The notes under the pieces were generated by a model. That model saw only the letters and a program-made list of their open reading frames with translations, had not been told where the DNA came from and searched no databases. The position numbers and the translations under genes are program-made. A DNA stretch of 64,000 bases from Hormiphora californensis (taxonomy: Eukaryota > Animalia > Ctenophora): NCBI GenBank assembly GCA_020137815.1, contig CM035362.1:2976001-3040000 (forward strand), read 5' to 3'. This document shows, in pieces, positions 1 through 21,400 of the stretch (its first letter is position 1; every line of letters starts with the position of its first letter).

Positions 1-639
1 GCTCTGACCACAGTTCTCGCGCTTGAAAGAGATGCGAATAGGGGATCAGACCAATTCTCAGACAGATGTTCTATGTCTTTTTATCTTCCAATTTACCCAA
101 AAATGACTTCTTTGTTGTGGGTAGGATCATAGAACATCAATCTTTTGGCCTAATCTAACCTTCATTCGATTTGGTGTCAGAGGAACATAGTTATGGAGCG
201 TGTCAGAGACAGAGGAAGACAATGATAGATATAGACTAGAGAGAGAGAGGAGTTGCAGCTTCTCCCTACCTCTGTCCCCTTCTCGTAATAAGTGTCCCCG
301 TCCTGGCTTGTTGAGTAATTGGGGTGGAGAATTCCTGGCGGCTACATGTTTGAGCTCCTATATCATTATCATAACAATAGGATCACTGTACCTCATGACA
401 TGATAAAGCGATCCCACTAGCCGCCAAACATCAATCAATCCATTATAATAGTGCATCGAGCGATCACACTGACAGAGTCAATAGCGTAATACTCTATAGG
501 GTGATATATCTCAGTTCTGTTATTACATGCCTTTTCGATCAAAACACATGATAGATCCTTGAGAGACAGAGGAGGAAGTGAGGTCAATTCCTTTATCTCC
601 ATAACCAAATTGTCATCTCTTTACTAGACCAGAGATGTC

Positions 640-723
640 TGTCAGAGCATTGGCCTGACCCTATTCTCGCCTGACCCTATTCTCGGAGCACGCGAGAACT
701 GTGGTCAGAGCATTGGCCTGACA
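640..723. repeat. Short dispersed repeat (GTCAGAGCATTGGCCTGAC x2); inverted copies at 1803-1863 and 1-22
   Basis: Direct sequence match in opposite orientation. Confidence 0.7.
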
Positions 724-1015
724 AATAGACGTATGATAAGACGGCCAAAGAATGCCCAGGCCCAAAGCCCAATGATCCCTGTTGATCTCACCCCTTACTC
801 AACAAAATGATCCCTGATCTAGATTCTAGACCCAATGACCCCACGATTTGAGTCGAGAAAGGGAGAACAACTTGTGGTCACAAAGTGTCTACATGTATGT
901 ATCACTATATTACTATATTACTATAGTGTGTGAGCTCTGTGTCCTTGCACTGATTTATGGACATGAGCCAATGGAGAGAAATAGAGAAAGGGACGATATA
1001 TAGATAGAGAGAAAC

Positions 1016-1092
<77 letters not shown>

Positions 1093-1649
1093 GAGCGCCC
1101 AGACAGGTGAGAAATAATTAACGGGTCTGCATATTCTAGAAACATTCCATTCACCGCCGTACAGCTGCGTATTGTTCTAGAACACTGTGATGTGATTGGT
1201 CACAATATGAGTATGACAGCGTGCCTTGCTCGAATCTATCTCTCCCTCCCTCGCTCGATCTACCTCTTTCTCTCAGTTTTCACTTTCTCCGGCCTCTCTC
1301 GCCCTTATGATCCGGGTTAAAACATACTGATCCTTCCAGATAGATCTCCTAACAATTATTCAAACTTTCATCAACGTAAAACTATTTATTGAGGATGCTT
1401 ATTGTATAATTGGGGAAATGAGCCATTCGAATTAAATTCAACTGTGGTGTCAATGCCACAGCCCCATTATAAGTCACCGTGTTTTGCTGACTAATATTAG
1501 TGCTAAATGTCCCCTCTCCCCAAGCTCCACTAGATGAACTCCATACCCGAGTAAGGGGTCACTTATTATTATAGCTCAACAAAGGGGTTTACTTGCTCAA
1601 CAATGACAAACTTCGGATTTATATCTGAGTTGAGAAAACGCTAGGACAC

Positions 1650-1757
1650 CAGGAACCGACCGACACAAGTAAACAACCAATCATAACTCGTTATTTAGGT
1701 CACGTGACTGGTATCAGCCAATCAGGGACCAGTATTTCCTTATACGGTCGGTTCCTG
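1650..1757 (+). mobile_element. 109-bp MITE copy
   Basis: Near-identical to 4555-4663; TAGGACAC repeated on both sides with a 3-bp offset. Confidence 0.85.
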
Positions 1758-2013
1758 TACTAGGACACTATATCGTCATGTGTCGGGTAGTCGCTCTGTG
1801 TCTGTCAGGCCAATGCTCTGACCACAGTTCTCGCGCGAGAATGGGTCAGGCCAATGCTCTGACAGCTCTGTGTTGAATAGTCGCAATAGTCAATACCATC
1901 CCCAACAAACTCTCAATATTCATTTATTTGTTACTCATATCAACAAACATTATCACAACATTAATATCATATTATCAATATCCCTGATGGTGTGTCCAGT
2001 GGACACTGGACAC

Positions 2014-2491
2014 TAGGGGTTGCTAAGTTGAAAATTTTTGAATACTCAATTTTAAAGTGTTGCACGTGTATTGGGATGTTCTAGGGACTAATTTCCGTGT
2101 TTTGAAATTTTGAAATTTCAAATTTTTTTTTCGATTTTTTCCCGATTTTTCACCGAAAACAAGGGTCACAAAAGTGGCTTGCGACTCGAAGCGGCTGAAC
2201 CGTTTGGGCTGAAACTTCGAATATCAGTAGAAAATTACCCACTGAATACCAGACATATTGTTCGCAAGCGATATTTTGAGTATACAGCAAGGTATACAAA
2301 ATATAGTGCTCCATTGGCTTCATTAACCCTAAAATTCCCTTTATTTACGCAAAAACGCGGGTTATGAAAGTCGCTTGCGACTCGAAGCGGCTCAACCGTT
2401 TGAGCTGAAACTTCGGAAATCAGTAGAAAATTACCCACTGAATACCAGACATATTGTTCGCAAGCGATATTTTTCAACTTAGCAACCCCTA
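2014..2491. mobile_element. 478-bp hAT-type MITE
   Basis: TIR TAGGGGTTGCTAAGTTGAAAA, 8-bp TSD CTGGACAC, internal ~105-bp direct repeat (~2170-2277 and ~2367-2474). Confidence 0.85.
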
Positions 2492-3878
2492 CTGGACACT
2501 GTCCACTGTCTTCAAATTTCCGATTGTTTCATTTCGTTAAATGATGTCATTTCTCAGCAAGTGATATCAAATAGATATCAACACCATACTGAATAGTATG
2601 AGATATTTGTAGGGATACAGCAATGAGCGAAGTGTTTGGTGGAAATGAAATATTGAGTGGGCGGTGTTGTGTATGTAACACGCGGTGTAGTTGTTGTAGG
2701 ATTCACCGCGCGTTCCCTGTCAACCACACGAACAGAGCGCGCGCGCCGCATTGAACCCCCAAAATATGCGCTGACAAGGAACACAGGGTTCATCTCTTGC
2801 ACCGTTTCACCACTGAGGTCACTGGGGTGTGTAAAGTGCATTTCAAACGACTTGACCTGAGATTCCTGCAAATTCAGGATTTCCCCTTTGTAAATACACG
2901 CGCAATGCGCCAAATTCCAAGAATTACGGGTCAAGTCGCTTGAAACGGACTTTAGTTTATGTTCCTCTCTTGCTCTGATATTCCTCAGCAACAATTTGTA
3001 CACAAGTATTCAGGTTTGTCCGTTAATTTGATAAGAGCTAATTTTGGTTCTTTCGATTAAACGAGATACGGCCAAACCTGGTTTAACAAAATATCAAACA
3101 ACCGATCTTTTCAAGATTGCTAAAATTCAAAAGAAATGAACCAATACAAAGCTTTAGCGTTGTATATATTCATATTTGTATAATTATACATAATAATAAC
3201 CTCTTTTTACAAACTCTCCTTCTAATAACAATATAATACTCTTCTTTTCGCTCTCTCATTTCCCAAACATAGTTTGAGATATATTATTCAATAAAGTTAA
3301 AAGATCTCACGCTGACTACATTTCAATTGCGTCAATATATATATTCACTCTTTCACTCAATATACTTAATTAGAGTGGCAAAATAAAATTATCTTCTAAA
3401 TAATTCCTAATATATGTTTTAAGGGGTGTCAATAAACGTGTATTACTATAGTCCAATAATACAATATCTGAACAAAATAGATTATAAGTTGTAAAATTCA
3501 CCTCACAAATGATATAGATCTGTGTGGATATATGTTATGTGATAAATGAAATCGTGTGTTTAACAGTAAATTGCATGAACACAATTGTACTAACTTAATT
3601 CTCTAATTTGGTGAAAAAAGGGGATTTAAAATTGATATACAGGATCAATTAAGTAGTTAGGATCACTAGTAAACAACTGCCGAGGGTAAAAAAACCAAAT
3701 TAAGACCGCTCGTTAAACATTTTTTCTGCTAAATGAGCCTACAAAGATGATTAGATCCCTGTAAAATTAGTGGCCTTTTAGCTTTCTTTAAACAACAAAA
3801 AACAATTTCTCTCCTCTCAGAATCTCTTATCTGTACCGCATGCTTCCCCCCCCCTCTCTCACTCTCTCTCTCTCTCTC

Positions 3879-3950
<72 letters not shown>

Positions 3951-4554
3951 TTTCTCTCTCTATCTCTCCGTTTCTCAGCCACATAAAATCATTCTCATAT
4001 CCAGCAGCATGTGATGATTTTACAAACATGCAAATCTGATATCAGCGACCCACGTGGAATTGACCATGTACAGTACGTGTACACAGTATACAATGTACAC
4101 ACATACATTGTACAATGTACACAGATGTACAATGTACACAGATGTACAATGTACATAGTTATAAAACTGCTGTGAACTTTGCACATATTTAATTCTTTGT
4201 CTTGTTCAGCTAATCAATCACATCATATCAGGCACATGTTTGTACAGCGGGGTGGAAATTGTATTCAGCATGAGTGTGAGAGAAAATTTACAAAAACATG
4301 AACACACATTCCATAGCTCGAGCGTGTGTGGGAGCCTGGGAAACCTTGAAATCCAACAAAATATGAAATCTTGGCAAAACGTGTTTTACCGAAATCTCAC
4401 TTTCGTAAGAAAACAGGGTTTTAACCCGGCACGCACACACACGCACACATCAATTTCCCAAGCGAGAGATATAGAGCACAGGGATAGAGAGTTAGTTTCA
4501 AGGCACAAAAACATGTCACAATAATTGGATTGTTGATCAGATGTTGTTGTTCAT

Positions 4555-4663
4555 CAGGAACCGACCGAAACAAGTAAACAACCAATCAGAACTCGTTATT
4601 TAGGTCACGTGACTGGTTATCAGCCAATCAGGGACCAGTATTTCCTGATTCGGTCGGTTCCTG
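4555..4663 (+). mobile_element. 109-bp hAT-type MITE (reference copy)
   Basis: 15-bp TIR CAGGAACCGACCGAA / TTCGGTCGGTTCCTG, 8-bp TSD TTGTTCAT. Confidence 0.9.
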
Positions 4664-7600
4664 TTGTTCATGCAGCGGGGGGCTCAAACAAAGTGAGAGA
4701 GATAGAGAGGGAAGTGTGAATGTTGCGGGAACATGCAGTTTTATATGTTCGCATTCCAGAGAGAGGTATGGTGGAGCTATATTTCGCCATGCACAACACA
4801 GAGATCTGAGAGGGGAGAAAGCTGGGTTAGAGATCTAGTAATAATTAATAGTTTTAAATTCTTTGTAAACCTTCTTGGCTGAGAAAGTTTGTGTTAAAGC
4901 TCTTTACAGTGCTGCTTGTGTTATTAATAAATAGTGATTGAGATAAAATATGAGGAAATGTGTACATGGTAGATACTGTCTGTACTATGCATGTATGTAT
5001 GGTAAGCGGTAAAGGTTGACCCGTTTCCTGTAATCTGTATGCTATGTGTTATAACATATATAGGTACTAATATTTAATATATATATACTGCTAAAAAGTA
5101 AAAATCCCTTGAACAGATGCTGAAAGTATAAACTTGAACACGCGTCTGTCAATAACTCACGTGTGTATATAAACATAAATCGTCTAAAAACTCTCCAAAC
5201 TACGAAAACATTAACTTTAATTATTCTCGAAATGTCTGTTTTTAGAAAACTGTAACTAAATAACTTAAATCATTAAGCTATACTCTGTGATTTGAAGATA
5301 AGAAAGTCACGCGTGTGTTCAAGGAAATAACGCGTGACAAAGTGTGATTATAATTAAGTAATTAACAACTGTCAAGTGACGTGATATTTGAATTATACTT
5401 TGGTGAAAGATGACTTTAAAATATTTGATCATGCTCTGAACTATGTTGTACTTCGGCTTGGTCCTATGACCAAAACCGCAATAATAAATTCTATCAGTAT
5501 CATAGTTTGTGACATAACTTCTGTAAAAAATGTCTTTAAAAACGGAAATGTGCGTCGTCAATTAATCACTAATTATATCTGCCAAATGCCAATATATATC
5601 TCAATATCTAGATATATATGACTAATTAATGACTAATTATAATCTTCTTGTTGAATCGTCTGCTGTGCCCTAGGGATAAAGAGAGGGTACATTGGTTAGC
5701 GTTACAAAATGATGGTGTTATTATCTCATGTGTTGCACATTACACATACAGTCGGCAACATGCAAATCTAGAAAGATTTAGTGTGATCTTGTTCTGTCTC
5801 TCTCTCTCTCTCTATTTTTCTCTGTCTCTCTGTCTCCCTCTCTCTCGCTCTATCTCTATCTCTCTGTCTCTCAGTCTCTGATCTCTTAGGGGTGTTCATG
5901 TTTGTTATTTTGCATGAGAGTAGTTATGCGAGACTCGAGAGGGGTGTTTTTTAAAACATTATATTTTTTTTTTTTTTTTTTATGTCTTCATCGTTCCTAT
6001 ATCTGTCACCCCCCACCACATCATGTGAACCCTGTCAGGCAATTGCTGACCCCATTTGCTTCAATCACGAAGGCAGGTCAGGCGGGCTAAGTCTGACAGC
6101 GTCTATTCAACATACATGTGAGGTGGAGTTTGACGGATATCATCTCTGCAGCCATCCAGTTGAAACCGGTATTAACCGTATACTGCGAACACCCAATCTC
6201 TGGTGCTCTATGCAATTCTGTTGCCCAATCACTGACAGTAAAGCTTGCAGTATGTAGTCAACTAGACTTCTTGGCGTAGCATATGACGACACCCTAGAGA
6301 CTAGTTGAAAAGCAGGGAGTGGAAGCGGGGTCAGATGTTCATGAGAAGCGTTATTTTTGTGTGAACGGGAGTGAACCCGTGTGCTACGGAAATTTGGGTA
6401 TGGGTAAAAGGGTTAAACTAAAGGGAAAAGTTTAATAAAAAGGGAGAGAGAAAGAGGGGAGAGGAGAGAGAGGGGGGAGAGATGAGAGAGGTTTAAAGAG
6501 ATAGAGAAAAGGGATAAATTCAAAATAAACCCTGCAAAAAAAGAAATAATCCCGGGTGGCCCTATGACAGACTGTCCATAGCGAGAGAGAGAAGGGGTAG
6601 AGAGGAAAAAGGAAACAAGAAGAAGAAGGAAAAAAAAAAGGGGGGGGAAAAAAAGAAAGAGAGAGGGAGAGGGGGGTGGGGAAAAAAAGCGGGGGGGAAA
6701 TTTTTTTTTTTTTATGGGTTTAAATTAAAAACACAAAAAATTTTAAAAACCACCCCCAAAACGAATGGTGTTTTTTTTTTTTTTAAAAAAGTTTTTATGG
6801 GGAAAGGTGGAGAAAGGTCGTCAAAATTTTTGGGGGGTGCAAAACCAAAATTAATGCTGGGGTTTTTTTTTGGGGTTTTTTCCCAAAATTTTTTGGGGAA
6901 GGGATTTCGGGGGTTTGAATATAAAAAAGGAAAAAATTCCCCAAATTTTAAAAGAAAAGGAAATTTTCCCTGAAATTTTAAAAAGGGAAGAAAAAAACCC
7001 CCCCCCTTTTTTTGTTAAATTTTTAATACTTTGTTTGCTAAAAATTTTTTTCCGGGTGGGCCATTTGTCCTTGGTTTTCCCCCCCTTTTTTTTTTCTGAT
7101 ACGTTGCGGGTGTCGGATTAATGAGTCGTCAAGGAAACTTCGGAATATTTTGAAATTAAGCAGAGGGCAATGATGGCTTCACAACTAATTTGTAATTTTT
7201 AAATGGCGTAGGAGAAATATAGGATCACACGAAGAGGGATAATTTTTTTTTGGAAAGTTAACTTATGTACTTCCTTGGGGTTGCCGGTACGTGAGGACAG
7301 CGAGGAAGGAGGCAGAGACGAGAAGAGCGAGATGAGGAGAGGGAGAGAGAGCGAGAGGGAGAGAGGGAGAGAGAGGCGGGAGAGAGAGAGAGAGAGGAGA
7401 TGGGGAAAAGAGAAGAGAGAGAAGCGAGAGAGAGAGAGAGAGATGGAAGAGGGAGAGAGAAGAGAGAAGAGAGAGGGAGGAGGGAAGGAGGAAAGAGAGG
7501 GCCGCAGGAGAGGCCAGAGAGAGAGAGAGAGAGAGATAGAGAATGAGAGAATGAGAGAGAATGAGAATGAGAAATGAGAATCCAGTGCTGCCTTGCAGGT

Positions 7601-8700
7601 GAGTCGTGTAAATTACCCTGTTATCGAAGATCCTAATGAGACGCACACTTTGAAATAACGCACGGCAGAAAACGTGGCATTGTTTTCAGCACGTGCTAGC
7701 GCCCTGATTGGCCACGGTTGCGCGTCGTCTTACTGTATCTCCGTTTTCCCACTACAAGCGAACGTGATAGAAAGAGATCGAAATTCGACATGACTGGGGG
7801 ATGGAAGTGACAGGAAAACATTGATCACGGGGGAATATATAAAAACTAAAAAACAAGATTACTAAATCAGCATCATTCCGCTGTGACAACAGATCTGGTA
7901 ATATACTGGATATAACATGGTCAGCTCAGTTCTCAAAAATGCTAGCAACAAACTTATGTATACCAGAGAAATCCCCGAATTGAATATATTTTACATCACT
8001 CACATAAAGACATCATAATGCCAGCAGCTTGATTTATATACTAGCCGTTCTGCACACCATTATTATAGCCCACGCACGCACAAAGAGATCAGAGGCCCAA
8101 ACGCTATCGCACATGCCCATAAAGACTGTTGAACAAGAGCTGATATATATGGAAGTATTTGACCTGAAGGCTTTCTATCCTAAGATTGGCTGAATTCTGA
8201 GAGAGAGATACTATTCCATTATATTATAGGGAAATGTATGTTCATGCTTATGCCTTCACAATCAAACTCTCTCTTCACTACAAGTTCAGCCTAGCTTCCC
8301 ATATTATATTTGATATATGTATCATGCCAGTCTCGTTCCTTGCAGGTACAGGTATTGTATAACGGGGGGCCGTATTGAGTGTCTAGCATCGATCAGATAT
8401 ACTCTTACCCCAGGGAAGGGACATCAAAATGTGTCTCAATGTAACGCGGACACACACACTGTGTGTAAACTCGCAGTGGTATATTGTACTGCAGAGAGGG
8501 GAGAAGTATAACAAATGTATATTGTGGACAAAATGACGTCATAGGTATATATGGAGTTTAATAAAAACCCCAAAGGATTGTTTCTATAGCGAATATATAT
8601 ATTAAACGAACAGACACATAATCTTGTTAGCCACTGCATAACTGCACATGCGGGTGCATTACTTACTTCGCCATGTGTGTGATGAGTTGGAGCTGTTGTC

Positions 8701-15870
<7,170 letters not shown>

Positions 15871-17548
15871 CTGGGAAGGAATTACTAAGTTAGAGGTGGT
15901 TTGAAAGTGGTTATAGACGTGGTTTGTAGAAGTGGTTATGAAAGTGGTTAATATATGCATGGAAAGTTAGTAATTGGGCCAGGAAAAAGGAAATGAAAGA
16001 AGACGTGTGTTTGGGTGAGATTAATGTACGCATTAATAACCCGGGATGAGCTGTTCCCTGCTGCAGATGTCATATCCAGGATGATTTTGATTATTGGGGA
16101 ATAGAGTATCCGGATTATTCATTTGGTTACGAAGTCTATTATTGCTACGTATGCTTTCGCGGAGGGGTAATTCGTCACCAAATACAGATGGTAAACCTTC
16201 TAATGCAATTTTTTCCAGTCCTTGTTAATTTTATTCGAATTTATTAGGCGCCCCGGCTTTCGCTTTTTCTTCCCTTTTAAATTCCAACCCTCATCTTTTA
16301 TTCCTATTTTTGTTTGCACCCCTTTCCGCTTTTCCCCCTTTTTTACCCCCTCCCCCTCTCTTTTCTTTCTCTATTTCTGTCTTGACTTCTCTCTTCTCTT
16401 CTCTCTCTCTTCTCTCTTCTCTCTCTCTTTTTTCTCTTCTCTTTCTTTCTCTTCTCTTCTCTTTCCTCTCTCTTTTTTCTTCTGTCTCTCTTCTCCCCTT
16501 CAACCGCGGGTAGGGGTTTGACCCCTCCAGACAGGTTAACCATTAATCAATCAGTATTTATTATATGAAGGTTAGCTTCAAAATCTTTCTTTTATGTGAT
16601 TAAAAAATTGAATCCCTTTTTCACCCTTTTTCTCTCCTCCTCTCTCTCACCTTCCACCACTCTTTTTTTTTGGGGGGCCTATACTTTTCGACTCCCCCAA
16701 ACCCTCCCCCTAAAAACATGGTTTTGGTTAACGAAAAAATTTTCTTGGTTTTCCCGGAAAAGAACTAAGCTTTAAAGGGAACCCCGGGACCAGCCGCAGA
16801 GTAAAATCTGACAGGAAATCTTTTTAAATGACCCGGGTTTGGAGCTTGCCAGCTCGACCCTTTTTCGCCCCCGCCCTTACAAATGTAAAGAAAGGGGTTA
16901 AAAATAAAAATTTTGGGGAGGGTGTTTTGGAGTAGAAGAAGGAAAAGGGGAGGTTTAAATTAAAAAGGTGTAAAAATATCCCAAAAAACTATACAAGGAA
17001 AAAAGAGGAAGAGAAAGAAAAGGGGGGAAAGGGGAGAGAAGAGAGAAGAGAGAGAGAAGAGAGAGAGAGAGAAAGAGAGAGAGGAGGGGAGGGGAAAAAG
17101 GGGAAAAAGAAAGAGAGAGAGAGAAGAGAAGGGGAGAGGGAAAGATGAGGGAAAAGGGGGGGGGGGTACTAATTAAATTATGAGCCTGTTTCCTCCATAC
17201 TCCCCAGTTGGGCACGCAAAAGGCTTAAAGGTACTCTCCTCCTTCCTCTCTCTTTCTATCTCTCCTACTTTCCTCAAGGTGCGACCACTCCTCTTTCTCG
17301 CATTCCCTCCTTCTACGTATCGCTCCGCCTCTACTCGATTATTCTCTCCTAAATGTATCTCTTTCTCTTCTCTCTCTCTCTCTTCTCTTCTCTCTTCTTT
17401 GCTTCTCTTCTCTCTCTTCTCTTTTCTCTCTCCCCCACTTACTCACTCTCCCTATCTCTGGTGAGGAACAGACAAACCCATATATTATGATGAGGGGAGA
17501 CCTTACATGCATGTCACATAGAAGAAGCACATAATCTAACGTGCGTGT

Positions 17549-17653
<105 letters not shown>

Positions 17654-18370
17654 GTATGTCGCGACATTATCCCGACATTATCTTCATAATCTGTCATCGC
17701 TGCAGCATACAAATGGTCGCATTGCACAATACGAATAATTAATGCACAATGTGATACAAAAATATCACTCTGTACACACTTTCTTTGTCTCATTTCGACA
17801 TTTCCTCTCTTTCTCTCTTTTTGTCTGCATTTCTCTATCTATTTTCAGTGATATGAGATTACAAAGTGTCACTCACTTCCTCGCCCAGACAAAAACAACT
17901 TTTTTTCACACAATGTGCAAACATTGAGAGACACCCACACGCAGCAGTACCTAATGTATATCGGTACAAGACATGTGCTAAAAGTGCATTAGCAGGAATA
18001 TTATATCTCTTTGATGTAACTGGTAGAGAAATGGAAACACATCGGGCAGTGGAGTGGCTCGTGCTTTTAGCAGATATTTAATAAAGCTACTTCGTATTTC
18101 CCTCCCTGTAACTTTTCCTGGAATATTTCATCATCACTCATTTCAAGCAGACATGATTTAACGACAATCAGAAATATATTCGATCATTTTGCGTCATGAA
18201 TAATACAGTCTGAGTTATCTCTTGGTTTTCCGGTTTCCTTTTTAATATTCTATCTCTCCTTCTCTCGCTCTCTTTCCTTATTTCTGTTTATCCCTTTTAT
18301 TTTGAGGTTGGCAAAGACGATCGCATTAAATAAAGGTGAATCCCTGGTGAATGCGTGCATAAATTATGAG

Positions 18371-18436
<66 letters not shown>

Positions 18437-18476
18437 TCAGAGATAAAAGAAATAGAGATGATTGTGTCGCGAATAA

Positions 18477-21400
18477 TCACTGTCTCTTTTCTCTCACACG
18501 CACAGGACAGTCAAATTTGAAGTACAGATTGCAAAGATAGCAGGCAAACAAAGATAAGAAAAGTAATAAACTTGAGGTCCTCAAGTTGAGGAGTAGAAAA
18601 GTTCCTAAGAAATTGCCACTTACTCGGTTGTCACCGGAACGGAAAGTATTTTGTCGAACAGAATCCAAGATACTTTCCCTCAGGTTGCTACTGACAAAGT
18701 TCCTCCTTCCACCTCTGGAGGAGGGAGAGAGGAATTTATTAACTTTTCATAGAAAGTCATAATTTCTGAACGTCACGTCAATAACTGACCTATCGGCTGT
18801 CGACTTAGTACAATTCTAGGTTATGTTACTAACCTGGCGCCACCTCGAGCTCCCCCAAATCCTCCCCTCATTGGTCGACCACCACTCAGCCTCTTTACAG
18901 GGCTGAACTTGCTATTAGCAGGGCCAGTTCGGGCAACGTTGCCACCACGACGTCCTGTTTTGGGGAAAACAAGGTTAGATCTCACATTGCCCCCAGGGCC
19001 TATTCCCTAATTAATTCCCTAAATACTGAAATTTGTCCAAAGTGAACTAAAAACACTCACCTCGTCCGGAAATACCACGTCCTCGTCCCCCTCCATTGTT
19101 GTTGTTATTGTTCCAGCGGGCTGCTTACCGGCGCTCTTGAAACTGTTAACATTGCCTCCCTTTCCTGTTGCTACCTGCTTTCCCTTTCCGCCTCGTCCAG
19201 TTGCTGCAGCACCCCCTGAAACATGGTAATGTTAGAGGTTGCTCTGACCACTTTTATAATGTGGGAGGGGTTGATGAAGACTGAAGAGATTCAAAAGGAT
19301 GGAAAAATAGGATGAATGTTCGTTTTTTAATATTTCAAATTGACTTTTGAGTTGGGTGTGGCGAGATTGTTGACCTAGACTTTGATGAAAAAAGAGAAAG
19401 AGAGAGGGAAAGAGAGAAAGAGAAACAACACCCTGTAGTAACTACACAGTGCCTGTAATTAACAAGGTGGCAATCTCATCAGAACAGAGGTGCACGTGCA
19501 GGCAGCTCAACTGAGAGCCAGAGTGAGAGGTATAACAGAGCATGGGAGGTTTAACAGAGAATGAGATGAGGAATGAGGAATGAGGATGGTATAACAGAGA
19601 ATGAGATAGGGATGGTATAACAGAGCTGGGGTATTGAGCGGTATTGAGACTGAATTGTCATTAGTTGAGGTATAACAAATGAATACCACTAAATCATAGT
19701 CATTAGTTATGTCAACAATTTCTCACCAGTCAACAAAACTACATTACCATTTACAATTAGCAAACAAAGTGGTAAGGTAGTTTAGGAAATCTACACTATT
19801 GTTTATGGATTTGAGATCACACGATTTGTTCTTACCTTTGGAACCACCACGAGCACCACCTCGAGCACCACCACGGCCACCCTTTGCAGGGGCTCCTCCC
19901 TTCTTATTCTTCTTGTTATCCTTGATGATATCATCTGGTGGGATAATGGTGTTACCATGGGGCGTTACCATGGTTACCATGCTGTGAACACGATGTGAAT
20001 CGGTAAAATTTGTGAGGTGCATCAAGAAAGAGTCAAGAGATGACGTGTCAAGAGGAGGGGTGTGCGTGAGACAGTGTCAAAGTGCAGTTGTAAGGGTTTA
20101 CACAGGGCGGGTTGGCTGCTATATAACTACAACGTTTATTGACTAGTGAGAGAACGATAAGTGCTAGGAATTTGGTGAAAGGGCGAGAGTTGTGATATAG
20201 AGACGGAAGTCGGAAAGGGCTAGAAATTTAGTGAAAATAAATGTGATAAATCAGAGTGTAACAGTAATTGTTAAATATCAGGGTGTTAGTGGGACAAACC
20301 TGTTAGATTTTATACTTTGTCTTTGCAGAAACGATGATTGATGTAAGGTGTAACAATAGGTCAGACGGATGCAGTCGAATTCCGTGATCCTGGAACCATG
20401 GATGGCCAGTTTTCGGTAACTAAATTCCCCGTGATCCTCGTTCTCGAATAAGGGCGGACTAGTTTCCAGTTGATAGGTTCCTCATGCATTCCAAAAGCAG
20501 GCTAGAGATAGTCATTGGCTGTGGAAGGTCCACTCCTAATTTGTGTAATTCCATTTTATCGGATCGATTGTCCAGATATTCAGAGCGTTGGAAGGAGATT
20601 TGCCGTTATCGCTTCAAGATCCTTTTTAAAACTTCGTGGCTAGACGATGCTTCTCAGTTGTACACGTTCCCAAGCAGATAATTCCGTACAACAAACGTGG
20701 TGTGATGTCATCTGATTACTTCGGTGGCTCCTTACTCCAAGCTTCGGCTTTGACTTCATCATGGCACAAGTGCATGTTATGAGGTCACTCGTTTGAAGAT
20801 GTACCAAGTTCTCGGAAAAACTATATTTATCTGAGGAGTATCCGATCAGGCTAGTTGTTAACTGTCTACACATTTTTAGGACTTTTAGCGATGTTGAAGT
20901 TGTACATAGTTTTCCATCCTCAATTTGGTCCACAGTCCTCCGATGTTTTTCAGTCCGTTCCTTGGAATGTCTGTTTGTTGTGACTCTCTCTGCAGAAAGT
21001 TGTTCATTCTCTCTGTGCAGAACGTTGGTGTGTCGATAGACACGAGGCTGGTCATTTTAGAGAAGCAGCAGAACAAATTGCTAAGACTATCTGTCATCAC
21101 CTTGTTCCTGAAGTGTCTCCTGACATTACTCCATTAGTTAGTATTCACACATACACGGGTCTTTCAAGGATACCGCTTCTCCTCCTGGAGTGTAGAATGT
21201 TTAAGCAGTTGATATGCATCCTTTCCTCGCAGTTTACTTCTTTGGGCCAAAGACTTTGGCGATCCTTGCAGGTGATGTGTAAAGGAGTCTACGGTATCCT
21301 TGCGTCCTGGATAGTATGTCCAAGCTATCGTTATACTCTACTTCGACCAGAGCACTGCCTCGGTTGGATATCATTATCAGGCAGCTTTCTTGAAGCAAGC

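Noticed and set aside
6360-7600. Homopolymer-rich, purine-skewed stretch with ORFs
   Set aside because: It looks like a low-quality read end downstream of a microsatellite; same for ~16000-17470 and ~62040-62500.
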